Shown here in pieces: positions 19,509 through 28,980 of a DNA stretch of 64,000 bases (position 1 is the stretch's first letter; each line of letters starts with the position of its first letter). Made by a program: the position numbers and the translations under genes. The notes beneath the pieces were generated by a model. The model searched no databases. It was not told the DNA's origin and was given only the letters and a program-made list of their open reading frames with translations. The DNA is taken from NCBI GenBank assembly GCA_965215185.1, contig OZ244034.1:2176001-2240000 (forward strand), read 5' to 3'. The stretch comes from Acidimicrobiia bacterium (lineage in GTDB: Bacteria > Actinomycetota > Acidimicrobiia > Spongiisociales > ZC4RG35).

Positions 19509-20579
19509 CTACGTGGACACCTTTCCCCATAGTCGAGGAAGGAGGAGGCTGGCTTGGGCCCTATGCGGGGGCCATACCACACAACGACGGCCGTTCTGCC
19601 ACTGGACGGTCACCACTTCGTGGCCCACCTGCAAACCGGTGACGGGATCGAGGCGGAACGCGCCGTAAAAAGTGCGGGTGTCGAGCCGCCGAGCTTGGGC
19701 CATCAAGGTCCCATCGTCCAGAGCATCGGTCATTCGGACACACTCCGACCAGATCAGAGCCGCGGCCAGAGCCTGGGCGGCGGGATAGGGAGGAGCAACC
19801 CCGACCTGGCGACGGTAAGCGCCAACAAACCAATCCGCTTCAGGGCCGGCCGCGGGTTTACGAACGCTGGCGGGCGTCCACTGGGCGGGACCAATCAGAC
19901 CTTCTCGTCGGTCTCCGAGGGCTTCCAATACCTCATCCACCCCAGCCGCAACCGATAGAACCGCTCTCCACCTACCGCGATCCAAGGTCCGCAGTATCGC
20001 CAACTCGTCTTGGAACGATCCCACCATCGCCAGCACTTCGCCACCCGGAAGCCCCGACAGCGAAGCCTCGGCTTGCCCCGGCTGGAACAGCGCATCAGCG
20101 CACGAAATGCCTAGCTGCATAGCAGCGGACATCGCTCCCCGCGCCACCTCTCCCGAAAAGCCTTTCCCAGTGTGAAGCACGACCATCGAACGAATTTGAG
20201 GATCGGACGACCGGATGGCTGTCAGGCCACCCTCCAAGTAGGAAGACGCCGGCGCCAAGACATTCACCACGTTTGAGAATCTGGGCCGAGCCAGCCGGGC
20301 GGTAGCCCCTCCTCCGTTCCACATCAATCGGGAGGTCGCCCGGGCAACCGCCAACGCCGGCCCTCTTCCGTAGGGTCCGAACAGCACATCGAACCCTGCG
20401 GATTCGGCGGTTCTTACCGCAGCGGCAGGATCGGGGTGGGAATCGTGAACCGTGAGATCAACGGATCCCGATTCGGCGACTTGCTCGGCCCATAACCTTA
20501 AGGCCTCTCCCGCCGCCCGGCCATACAAACCCAAAGGGCCGGTAAGAGGAGTTAGCATCGCTGCCCGGATTGCCTTCAT
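19509..20579 (-). CDS. LivK-type substrate-binding-fold protein with no evident signal peptide
   Basis: Motifs PLTGPLG..G, LFGPY, GPAQW, TFYGAF.LD..TG.Q.GH and QWQ.G...VVWP. Confidence 0.8.
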   Translation of the reverse strand: MKAIRAAMLTPLTGPLGLYGRAAGEALRLWAEQVAESGSVDLTVHDSHPDPAAAVRTAESAGFDVLFGPYGRGPALAVARATSRLMWNGGGATARLARPRFSNVVNVLAPASSYLEGGLTAIRSSDPQIRSMVVLHTGKGFSGEVARGAMSAAMQLGISCADALFQPGQAEASLSGLPGGEVLAMVGSFQDELAILRTLDRGRWRAVLSVAAGVDEVLEALGDRREGLIGPAQWTPASVRKPAAGPEADWFVGAYRRQVGVAPPYPAAQALAAALIWSECVRMTDALDDGTLMAQARRLDTRTFYGAFRLDPVTGLQVGHEVVTVQWQNGRRCVVWPPHRAQASLLLPRLWGKVST

Positions 20580-20678
20580 TTATCCTGCGCCCTCGTCGTC
20601 TGTCGTTTTGAAATCAATAACTGCTGAAGATATTCTCCCGAGATCAAATATATCTATGAACTGGATTGAAGTCTGACC

Positions 20679-21332
20679 ATGCGGGGCGACAACACTCAGG
20701 CACACATCGAGAGGTTCCTGAACAATCATCCCGACGGACATCTCTATGTAGCCGTCGGATATGCCAGCATCTGGGGATTGGCCTGGTTGCAGGAGCACAC
20801 AACGGGACGGCCTGTGACCCTGATCATTGGTGACACCGAGCCACACCATTTCGAAAAGGGAACTGACCCCGATCGACGAAAGGCTATTGCCTTCCTCAGG
20901 CGTCGAGATATTCGGGTTCTCAATTGGTATCGCAGCGCCAGAAGCGCACAGGGAAAGTCGATGCTTCACGCCAAAGCCTGGGTGGTTGCAGACCGTAAAG
21001 CTGGAGCCGCGACGGCCGCGTTGGTCGGCTCAGCCAACCTGACAAGGGTGGGACTGCAGGACAACTGGGAGGTGATGGCAGTCGCCGCCGTGAACGAAGT
21101 AACCCGGATCTGGTCACAACTGGATGGCCTTCTGCGAGGCCAAACAGTCAGCAAGAAACCCTGGGACACTTCGCAAAGGCTCATAGACGCTATCAAAGCT
21201 GGCGAGGAACCTCAACCACGGCCCAAGACAGAACCAAAGCCCAAAAAGAAGGGTGGCTGTCTCCCTCTGGCAGCCTCAATTGGTGCGTCGTTTGCCCTCA
21301 TCATCGCAGTGACCTTATTGCTGTTCCTCTAA
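20679..21332 (+). CDS. Phospholipase D-superfamily (HKD-like) nuclease-domain protein with C-terminal membrane anchor
   Basis: AVGY, LHAKAWV...ALVGSANLT..G...N.E motif, a Pro/Lys linker, then GGC and a hydrophobic helix at the C-terminus. Confidence 0.75.
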   Translation: MRGDNTQAHIERFLNNHPDGHLYVAVGYASIWGLAWLQEHTTGRPVTLIIGDTEPHHFEKGTDPDRRKAIAFLRRRDIRVLNWYRSARSAQGKSMLHAKAWVVADRKAGAATAALVGSANLTRVGLQDNWEVMAVAAVNEVTRIWSQLDGLLRGQTVSKKPWDTSQRLIDAIKAGEEPQPRPKTEPKPKKKGGCLPLAASIGASFALIIAVTLLLFL

Positions 21333-21354
21333 CCACCTGCAATCCAGGCAGACT

Positions 21355-22593
21355 TCAGCCACCCACTACTCTCACCGGCATTCGCTTGATTCCGTGAATG
21401 AAATTGGATTGAAGTCGCTCAGCCGGTCCGATCAGACGAAGATCGGACATGCGCGGTAGCAGCTCCTCTATGGCCACTTTCACCTGTAATCGTCCCAGAG
21501 CCGCCCCCAGGCAAAAGTGGGGTCCACCCTTCCCGAAACTGACCTGGGGATTGGGGCGGCGTTCTATGTCGAACCGGTAGGGATCCTCAAACACTTCCTC
21601 GTCAAAGTTGGCGGAGATATACCAGATAGTGACCTTGTCGCCTTGCCGAATGATCTGACCGCCTAGTTCCACCTCTCGGGTGGCGGTGCGGCGGAAGTGG
21701 TAGATGGGCGTCGCCCACCTGATGATCTCCTCCACAGCCCGGTCCATCAAGCCGGGGCGTCCCTCCTGTAGGTCCTCCATCTGGTCGGGACGATCCATCA
21801 GCGCCAGCACCCCCTGGCTGATGGAATGCCGGGAGGCTTCCTGGCCGGCGATCATCAACACCGCGAAGAAGTTGTTGAACTCGGCTTCCGTGAGAGGTTC
21901 TCCTCCCGGCTCAGCCTGAAGCACCCGACTGATCATGTCGTCGCCCGGCCGGGCACGGCGCTCGGCAGCCAATTTGGCGGCATATTGAAAGGCTTCCAGA
22001 CCCGCCGGGCTGCCAAAGGGGGCAAACCGACAATTCGGATCGGAACGATCCTCCCAGTACTCCGGATCGGAATCGCCCACCAGCATCCGGTCGGTCCACT
22101 CGATCAAACGGTCCGACATGTGTCGGGGAATGCCCATGTGCTCGCACAGCCACAGCACCGGGATCTGTTTGGAAATCGCCCCCACCAGATCGAACTCGCC
22201 GCGGGTAAGCACCTCGGCCAGCACCTCGGCGGTCATCAACCGGAAGGCGGTCTCGTAGGCGGACACCACCCTGGGGGTGAACCCGCGCGACAGCAATCGG
22301 CGAATACGGCTATGTGCCGGAGGATCGAGATCCATCATGGAACGCCGAGCCGCCAACTCCTCAGGGGTCATCTCCTCCAGAGTCGATCCCTGCGCCGAGG
22401 AGAAGGTCCGCCAGTCACTGCTGACCAAGGACAAATCTCGGTATCGCACTACCGCCCAGAAGCCAGCTCTCCCGTCCTCCTCGTCATGCCAGGAAACCGG
22501 AGCGTGGCGCCTCAGATACCGAAAGACTTCATGGGGAACCTTACGGGCATACAACGTGGGATCCTGGATATCAACATCTACCCGCATTCGCAT
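21355..22593 (-). CDS. Cytochrome P450 (CYP125/124/142-like)
   Basis: Motifs DPPAH..R, AGQE, EEIIRW.TP, SAN.DE.VF.DP and SFGKGGPHFCLGA. Confidence 0.95.
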   Translation of the reverse strand: MRMRVDVDIQDPTLYARKVPHEVFRYLRRHAPVSWHDEEDGRAGFWAVVRYRDLSLVSSDWRTFSSAQGSTLEEMTPEELAARRSMMDLDPPAHSRIRRLLSRGFTPRVVSAYETAFRLMTAEVLAEVLTRGEFDLVGAISKQIPVLWLCEHMGIPRHMSDRLIEWTDRMLVGDSDPEYWEDRSDPNCRFAPFGSPAGLEAFQYAAKLAAERRARPGDDMISRVLQAEPGGEPLTEAEFNNFFAVLMIAGQEASRHSISQGVLALMDRPDQMEDLQEGRPGLMDRAVEEIIRWATPIYHFRRTATREVELGGQIIRQGDKVTIWYISANFDEEVFEDPYRFDIERRPNPQVSFGKGGPHFCLGAALGRLQVKVAIEELLPRMSDLRLIGPAERLQSNFIHGIKRMPVRVVGG

Positions 22594-22685
22594 CCGCCAC
22601 CCGTGAGGTCATTCCAGGCGCTTCCGCCTATCTGTCGAAGTGTAGGATTTGAATTTGGGATCGACCCTCGATACGGGAGCCAACC

Positions 22686-23498
22686 ATCACCTCACCTTCT
22701 GGATTCCTCTTCCCCCAAAGCCCCACCGGCAGGGCTTCTCTTCTCCCCTACCCGCCCTGGCACTATTCAGGTGAAATGTTGACCATCGAGTACCGAACTG
22801 ATCCCGAAAGAGTCCGCGAGATCCTGTCCCCTCCCCTGGAACCCGCCCGCGAGGATCCCGGAGCGGTTGCCATGATTTGGGCGGAATGGCAATCATGTTC
22901 GGATTCGGGCGAAGAGTTGCTGGACCCGATTCGCTCCCAGTACAGGGAGTGTTTTCTGGTGGTAAGGTGCCGGTATGGAAACCACACATGGTCCCGGTGC
23001 GTCTACATCTGGGTCGACACGGATTATTCGATGATGCGAGGCCACCACCAGGGGTATCCCAAACGGCTGGGAGAGATCCACATGACCCGCCCGGTAGTGG
23101 TGGGACGGGCCGGCCCCCGGCTGGAGAAGGGCGGGGATTTCGGCGCAACTCTGTCGTCAAACGGACGTCGTCTGGCCGAAGCCCGGCTTACCCTCACCAA
23201 ACCTTGCGATCATGGGGGCTTCGTCAACGCCCTGCCGATGTTGCATTCCCGGCGCTTTCCCACCATCGAATCGGACGGAACCGCATCCATGGATGAACTG
23301 GTCGAGACGCGGGGTTACGACGTGGAGATCGCCGACGGATGGGAGGGAGAAGCCCACCTATCGCTGTTCCCTTCGCCTGCCGAGGAGCATCACCGCCTGG
23401 CACCCAGGGAGATTATCGGCTCTTACTGGAGACGGGTGGGCATGTCTTGGAATGCAGGGACCACCCTCCACCGGTCCCCGGCTCCACTCCTCGGATAA
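22686..23498 (+). CDS. Acetoacetate decarboxylase family protein (apparent ATC start; first ATG at 22776)
   Basis: Family-like N-terminus P.SPTGRASLLP.PPWHYSG is in frame upstream of the first ATG. Motifs QYRE, IWVD and RG..QGYPK.LG. Confidence 0.82.
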   Translation: MTSPSGFLFPQSPTGRASLLPYPPWHYSGEMLTIEYRTDPERVREILSPPLEPAREDPGAVAMIWAEWQSCSDSGEELLDPIRSQYRECFLVVRCRYGNHTWSRCVYIWVDTDYSMMRGHHQGYPKRLGEIHMTRPVVVGRAGPRLEKGGDFGATLSSNGRRLAEARLTLTKPCDHGGFVNALPMLHSRRFPTIESDGTASMDELVETRGYDVEIADGWEGEAHLSLFPSPAEEHHRLAPREIIGSYWRRVGMSWNAGTTLHRSPAPLLG

Positions 23499-23502
23499 GG
23501 GG

Positions 23503-24015
23503 ATGGTCGACATTACCCAAAACCGCCTCGTTATCCGAGAACTCACTTCCCGGGATAGAGCGCGGGCGGTGGAGGTGATCAACATCGCCGCCCGGTGGTA
23601 CCAGGAGTTCCTTCCACAGGAAGAACTTCACGATCCGGAGATGGACGAGACGCAGTGGACGGCAGAAGGCCAGCGAATGACCTGGTGGGGGGCGTTGATC
23701 GACGACGCTCTTATCGGGGTGATGGGAAGCGAACCGATGGGAGAAGTGGCCTTGCTCCGTCATGCCTACATCCTCCCACACTGTCAAAGACAAGGAGTGG
23801 CTTCGGCATTGCGCCGGCACATCGAGACGCACCTTGCGGGCCTAAAGAGGATCATCGTGGGAACCTACGCCGCCAACTACAAGGCGCGGGGCAATCTGAA
23901 AAAGGGCGGCTATCGTCTTTCGGCCGATTCTCAAGCTGTACTGCGCACCTACTACGACATTCCTGAGGACCGGCTTTTGACCTCGGTCACCTACGAAAAG
24001 ACACTGAACGACTAA
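23503..24015 (+). CDS. GNAT family N-acetyltransferase
   Basis: Motif LIGVMG.E...LLRHAYILP..QRQGVASAL. Confidence 0.85.
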   Translation: MVDITQNRLVIRELTSRDRARAVEVINIAARWYQEFLPQEELHDPEMDETQWTAEGQRMTWWGALIDDALIGVMGSEPMGEVALLRHAYILPHCQRQGVASALRRHIETHLAGLKRIIVGTYAANYKARGNLKKGGYRLSADSQAVLRTYYDIPEDRLLTSVTYEKTLND

Positions 24016-24225
24016 ACCCGGCCCGGCTGGTACTGGTGCAAAGCAGATGTGATCCATCCTCGCCTCACCTGTGCCATTGGCCGAAACCCCCTCTGGGCCA
24101 CAGTTTTCGTTCCCGACGGCACTCCACCCCCGAGTACCAATCACCCACCGCCTGGGAAGGGATGACCTCCACTGGTCGCTAAACCCTCGGACTGAACCCG
24201 CCCACCACAAGCGGGTCATTCCAGA

Positions 24226-24520
24226 TCAGAAACCGGTGACTGTCAATTCGATACCGAACTGGTTCATCAACGACACGATGTACTGATACACCGATGGGAT
24301 ACAAGCGGTGACCGAAATGTCGAAGGGAATCGAGCTACCGTCATCCTGCGGCATGTCCATGGTGACCGCATTTCCGCCAATGCGACCGCTGGGCCTCGAA
24401 CAGCCGGAAGTCAAACTGGTCCGGGTGGTGATGCAGCCTCCATGCGGCGCCAAGCCCTGAAATCCCTCCGCCAACAATGGCTATGCGCCGCACTGCTGTC
24501 CCGCTCCCTCCGGTTGCCAT
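24226..24520 (-). pseudogene. N-terminal remnant of an FAD-dependent (amine oxidase-like) oxidoreductase, frameshifted and truncated
   Basis: AAGGAG RBS and ATG 24520 give RIAIVGGGISGLGAAWRL...LFEA, then a frameshift to RIGGNAVT... and an early stop. Confidence 0.75.
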
Positions 24521-24565
24521 GAATCTCCTTCCTACAAATGTCGTTATATAGCCGCCGGGAAAGAG

Positions 24566-25564
24566 TCAAACGGGAAGACGGTCCACCAAGTGGCAAGAAA
24601 CCAGACGGCCGCCGCCCTTGTCTTCCAAGGGTGGGTGAGGGGTCGTCCGGCAGATGTTGGCCGCTTGTGGACAGCGGTCGACAAAACGGCACTCGGGCGC
24701 CGGATTTACAGCTTTGCCGATGCCTCCCTTGATGCGAACCTCCGGTGGAGGACGCGCCGGGTCGGGAACCGGCACCGCCGATAACAGCGCCTGCGTATAG
24801 GGGTGCAGCGGGTTGGCCAGCAATTGCTCGGTCTCCCCTATCTCCACCACCTTCCCCAGATACATGACCGCGATGCGGTCGCACATGTACCGGGCCACCG
24901 CCAAGTCATGGGTGATATAGAGATATGAGACGCCAAACTCCCTCGCCAAGCGGGACATCAACTCCATGATCGAAATGCGGATGCTGACATCCAGCATGGA
25001 AGTCGGTTCGTCTGCCACCACCAGGCGGGGCTGCAGGATGAGAGCGCGGGCAATAGCGACTCGCTGGCGTTGCCCACCCGACAGTTCGTGGGGATAGCGG
25101 AACATGAATGACTCCGGCGGGGCCAGTCCTACCTTGCCCAGCATCTCTCTTATCTGCTCTTCCCGGGTGCTCAGATCGCCGATCCCGTGAATCAGAAGCG
25201 GCTCGGCAATCGTCTCGAAGACGGTCCGCCTCGGGTTGATGGATTCGTAGGGATCTTGGAAGATCATCTGGACCTGACGGCGAAACTTGGCCCGCTGATC
25301 AGCATTGAGATCGACGAGATCCATCTGCGTCCCATCGTCCTGGGTCAGTGAGATCTTCCCCTGGTCGGGCGTTTCCAATCGGACCAGCATCCGGCCGGTA
25401 GTAGTCTTTCCGCACCCCGATTCCCCGACCAGCCCGAGACTCTCCCCTGCCCCGATCTCGAAATTGAGATCGTCCACCGCGTGCACGAATCCGGTGTTGC
25501 GACGGAAGAGCCCGGGCGATACCGGAAACAACTTACGAAGCCCTTTGACCTTTACCAGGCTCAT
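24566..25564 (-). CDS. oppF: Oligopeptide ABC ATP-binding protein (OppF/AppF-like)
   Basis: Motifs GESGCGKTT, FQDPY, YPHELSGGQRQR, HPYT.ALL and C-terminal Cys motif. Confidence 0.92.
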   Translation of the reverse strand: MSLVKVKGLRKLFPVSPGLFRRNTGFVHAVDDLNFEIGAGESLGLVGESGCGKTTTGRMLVRLETPDQGKISLTQDDGTQMDLVDLNADQRAKFRRQVQMIFQDPYESINPRRTVFETIAEPLLIHGIGDLSTREEQIREMLGKVGLAPPESFMFRYPHELSGGQRQRVAIARALILQPRLVVADEPTSMLDVSIRISIMELMSRLAREFGVSYLYITHDLAVARYMCDRIAVMYLGKVVEIGETEQLLANPLHPYTQALLSAVPVPDPARPPPEVRIKGGIGKAVNPAPECRFVDRCPQAANICRTTPHPPLEDKGGGRLVSCHLVDRLPV

Positions 25565-26595
25565 CGGAGTTGCTCTCCCATCTCGGGGACCTGCTCGGAA
25601 TTCCAACACGCCGCCCACTGGGAAGGTCCGATCGGCATCATGGGAGGCTCCTCTTGGCGACATTGTTCCGTCGCCCACGGACAGCGGGGGTGGAATCGGC
25701 AACCCGACGGGGGCGCCAACAGGTTGGGCGGCGTCCCTTCCAAGGAGACCGGTCGGCGGCGGGGACCGGTCACTGACGGAATGGAGGACAGCAGCAGATA
25801 CGAATATGGATGGCGGGGCCGGTGGAACACTTCCTCGGTCGAACCCAACTCGACTAACTTCCCGGCATACATCACTCCGATGGTGTCGGTCACTTGGGCA
25901 ATGACGGCCATATCGTGACTGATGTAGAGGATCGAGAGTCCCAGATCCTCCTGGATCCCTTTCAACTCCTCAAGGATCTGGGCTTGCACTATCACATCCA
26001 AGGCGGTGGTGGGCTCATCGGCGATGATCAATTTGGGTTCGCAGGACAGCGCCATGGCGATCACCGCCCGCTGGCGCATTCCCCCCGACAGCTCGTGGGG
26101 ATAGCGGTTCTGCACCGCCGGATCTAGCCCCACCATTCTGAACAGCCGATCAACCCTCTGATTTCTCTCAGAGGATCTCAATGGGGGATTGAAGTGCTGA
26201 TCCATCGCCTCCCGAATCTGCTTTCCCACCCGATACACAGGATTCCAAGCGTTCATCGCCCCTTGGAACACCATCGAGATCTCGGCCCACCGGTACCCTC
26301 GCATCTGCTCGTCAGAAAGCTCCAACAGATCCACTCCTTCCCAACGAACCGACCCCGCTTGGTACCGGGCGTTCTCGGGCGCAAGACGCAGAAGGGAGAG
26401 AGCCACGGAAGTCTTCCCGCATCCCGACTCCCCCACCAGCCCCATCGCCTCCCCCCGGCCCAGTGAGAAGCTGACATTCTCCACCGCCGAGACCTCCCCC
26501 GCCTCGGTGTCGTAACGCATCACCAGACCGTCGACCTCGAGCAATGGAGCGCGACCGGCGGATACCTCCAGGGGAAGCTTTTGGGGAGCAGTCAT
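25561..26595 (-). CDS. oppD: Oligopeptide ABC ATP-binding protein (OppD/AppD-like)
   Basis: Motifs GESGCGKTS, LSGGMRQR, DEPTTALDV and GCRFHPRC. Confidence 0.92.
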   Translation of the reverse strand: MTAPQKLPLEVSAGRAPLLEVDGLVMRYDTEAGEVSAVENVSFSLGRGEAMGLVGESGCGKTSVALSLLRLAPENARYQAGSVRWEGVDLLELSDEQMRGYRWAEISMVFQGAMNAWNPVYRVGKQIREAMDQHFNPPLRSSERNQRVDRLFRMVGLDPAVQNRYPHELSGGMRQRAVIAMALSCEPKLIIADEPTTALDVIVQAQILEELKGIQEDLGLSILYISHDMAVIAQVTDTIGVMYAGKLVELGSTEEVFHRPRHPYSYLLLSSIPSVTGPRRRPVSLEGTPPNLLAPPSGCRFHPRCPWATEQCRQEEPPMMPIGPSQWAACWNSEQVPEMGEQLR

Positions 26596-27713
26596 CGTCT
26601 ACGCAACCTCGGGTTGACAATCTCGTCCATCCCCCTTCCCACCAGGAAGAAGGCCATGGACAGAAATGTGACTGCCAGGCCCGGCGGGATGGTCAGCCAC
26701 CAATAATTGGTCACCTGCAGCAGGTAACCCTGGGTCCTGGCCAGATTCATCATCAGGCCCCAGGAAGTGTCGGTGTTGAGGATTCCCAGAAAAGACAGAA
26801 CTGCTTCGGATTGGATGGCGCCGGTAACGGTGAACATCATGTAGAGAACGCTGAGCGGCATCACATTGGGAATCAGGTGATAGAAGATGATGTGACGGGC
26901 AGACCCTCCCGCCACCCGGGCGGCGTCGATAAACGGTTTGACCTTCACCGCCAGCGCCTGGGATTTGAGGACGATGGCCGTGCCGCCAAAACCCGAAAGT
27001 ACCCCGATCACCACCGCCAGGTGCCATAGTTGGAAGGTGAAAAGCCCTCCGATCACGATCAGCAGAGCCACGCCGGGAATCATTATCAGAAGATCGGCGA
27101 ACCGCATCAAAGCAGCGTCCACTATCCCTCCAAAATACGCCGCCATCGACCCGATCGTGGTCCCAATCACCACCGTCACCACCGCCGCCAGAATTCCCAG
27201 GAAAAAGGATGCGCGGGCCCCGTGCATCAACTGGGACATGATGTCGCGGCCCAGCGGATCGGTTCCCAGCCAGTGCCGACCGTCGGGAGGCGCAGGCTGC
27301 AGTGGGAGATCGAAAGTGTCGCCTACTTGAAGGGTGTCGGGGATCCGTCCGTCCAGCAACGCCGCCCGGGGGTCGATCTCGGTGGTGGGATCGGTTAGGC
27401 GCTCCACCATAATCATGGTGCGGGTGGGCGGATCGAGTTCCAAGCCGGTGACCGGGTGATAAATTGCCGGGTTCCAGAACCCGGTGGCAAAGAACACTGT
27501 GGGCATAACCGCCATAATCGCCCAGAAGGCGATGATCACCAATCCCAACACACCGACCTTGTTACGGCGGAAGATCTTCCAGTTGTCCCGGAAGGATCGC
27601 CGCATGAGAGCCAAACGGATCTTCCACCAAGAGTCCACCTCCCCACCAATAATCTCCGAGATAAGCGGATCCTCGAGGGGAGCTTCCTCGGGAGCAATCA
27701 TCATCTCATCCAT
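26592..27713 (-). CDS. oppC: Peptide ABC permease (OppC-like)
   Basis: Motifs HWLGTD.LGRD, FIDAARVAG, HLIPN, E..LSFLG, SWG.M and NPRLR. Confidence 0.92.
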   Translation of the reverse strand: MDEMMIAPEEAPLEDPLISEIIGGEVDSWWKIRLALMRRSFRDNWKIFRRNKVGVLGLVIIAFWAIMAVMPTVFFATGFWNPAIYHPVTGLELDPPTRTMIMVERLTDPTTEIDPRAALLDGRIPDTLQVGDTFDLPLQPAPPDGRHWLGTDPLGRDIMSQLMHGARASFFLGILAAVVTVVIGTTIGSMAAYFGGIVDAALMRFADLLIMIPGVALLIVIGGLFTFQLWHLAVVIGVLSGFGGTAIVLKSQALAVKVKPFIDAARVAGGSARHIIFYHLIPNVMPLSVLYMMFTVTGAIQSEAVLSFLGILNTDTSWGLMMNLARTQGYLLQVTNYWWLTIPPGLAVTFLSMAFFLVGRGMDEIVNPRLRRR

Positions 27714-28884
27714 GCTCGGTCACCCGGATGCGAGGATCGAGCGCCCCATAGAGCACATCCACCACGAAGTGCCCGATCAACGCCATTATGCCGATGAAGG
27801 AAAACGCCCCAACCGCTAGGGGAATGTCCTCACTCAACACCGAGGAGATCAAGATCTCACCCATGCCCGGCCAGGAGAACACCGCTTCGGTGATGACTCC
27901 ACCATCGATTACCGTGGCCACCGCCAAGACCAGGGAGGTGGTCACCGGCAGTAGAGCGGTCCGCGCCGCGTGGCGATCACGGATCACTCCCTCTGATAAG
28001 CCCTTGGCACGGGCAGTAAGGATGTAGTCCTCCCGCATAGTCTCCAGCATGGAACTGCGGGTCAAAAGCATCACTCCTGCAAAATTCAACAGGGCCAGGG
28101 TTGCCACCGGCAAGATCATGTGAAACCCGATATCCCCGGCATAGACTCGCATGTCCTGGCCCGACTGGGTCCCGAACCAGTAGAAGAAGAATCCGGCCAC
28201 CGCCAAGGCGATGCCCCCCCACCGCAGGGTCCGTTCCAACCGCCGACTATTGGTCCGATGCGCGGCGAAACTCGCCGCGAACATCGCAAGGGAAAAGATC
28301 AGAGTCACCCAGAAGAGGCGCATGAACACCTGATTGGCCGCGAACGGAGCATCCCGCCACTGCTCGGGATTAAGAAACTTGGAGATGGGCAGCAGATCCA
28401 ACTGGACACTGAAGAACCAGATCAGCATCAGGGCGAAAAACGGTAGGAAGGTTGTGTAGAGTCCCACCCCGGACACCGTGATCAACATCTCCCCTCGATT
28501 CCCCCGACGCCAGGCCAAATATTTGCCGGCCACAAACCCGGCCCAGTAGTAGGTAACCAGAGCGGTCAGAAACAGGACCAGGGTGCGAGGCAAACGCTCT
28601 GCGATGATCTCGGTAACCGGCCGCGGGTATTGATTGAAGGAAACCCCTAGATCCCCCTGGAAGAAGTTGACCATATAGTCCCGAAATTGGATCAGCACCG
28701 GCTTGTCCAGACCGAGTCGCTCCAGCGCCACTGCCCTGGCCTCGGGCGGGATGTTGGGGTTTCCTGCATATTTCAGCGCGACCGAATCGCCAGGAAGGAT
28801 GTAGAGCAGGAACCATGTCACCGTCAGGAAGACCAGAAACAGAAATATCATCTGGACCAGCCGTCGTATCAGATATCGGACCAC
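27706..28884 (-). CDS. oppB: Peptide ABC permease (OppB-like)
   Basis: Motifs GLDKP, GDLG.S, DYILTARAKGL, E.VFSWPGMG and LDPRIR. Confidence 0.92.
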   Translation of the reverse strand: MVRYLIRRLVQMIFLFLVFLTVTWFLLYILPGDSVALKYAGNPNIPPEARAVALERLGLDKPVLIQFRDYMVNFFQGDLGVSFNQYPRPVTEIIAERLPRTLVLFLTALVTYYWAGFVAGKYLAWRRGNRGEMLITVSGVGLYTTFLPFFALMLIWFFSVQLDLLPISKFLNPEQWRDAPFAANQVFMRLFWVTLIFSLAMFAASFAAHRTNSRRLERTLRWGGIALAVAGFFFYWFGTQSGQDMRVYAGDIGFHMILPVATLALLNFAGVMLLTRSSMLETMREDYILTARAKGLSEGVIRDRHAARTALLPVTTSLVLAVATVIDGGVITEAVFSWPGMGEILISSVLSEDIPLAVGAFSFIGIMALIGHFVVDVLYGALDPRIRVTEHG

Positions 28885-28922
28885 GTGTCTGCCCTTCTAA
28901 CTACCTGCATGTCTCCTTACAG

Positions 28923-28966
28923 GACCCGTGGGGAGCCGTCACTTATGACGACAGCTCCCCAGGGTC
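28923..28966 (-). promoter_or_regulatory. Intra-operon stem-loop after oppA (mRNA-stabilising or partial terminator)
   Basis: GACCCgTGGGGAGC-CGTCA-ctta-TGACG-aca-GCTCCCCAGGGTC. Confidence 0.6.
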
Positions 28967-28980
28967 ACATTGTGGTGGGA

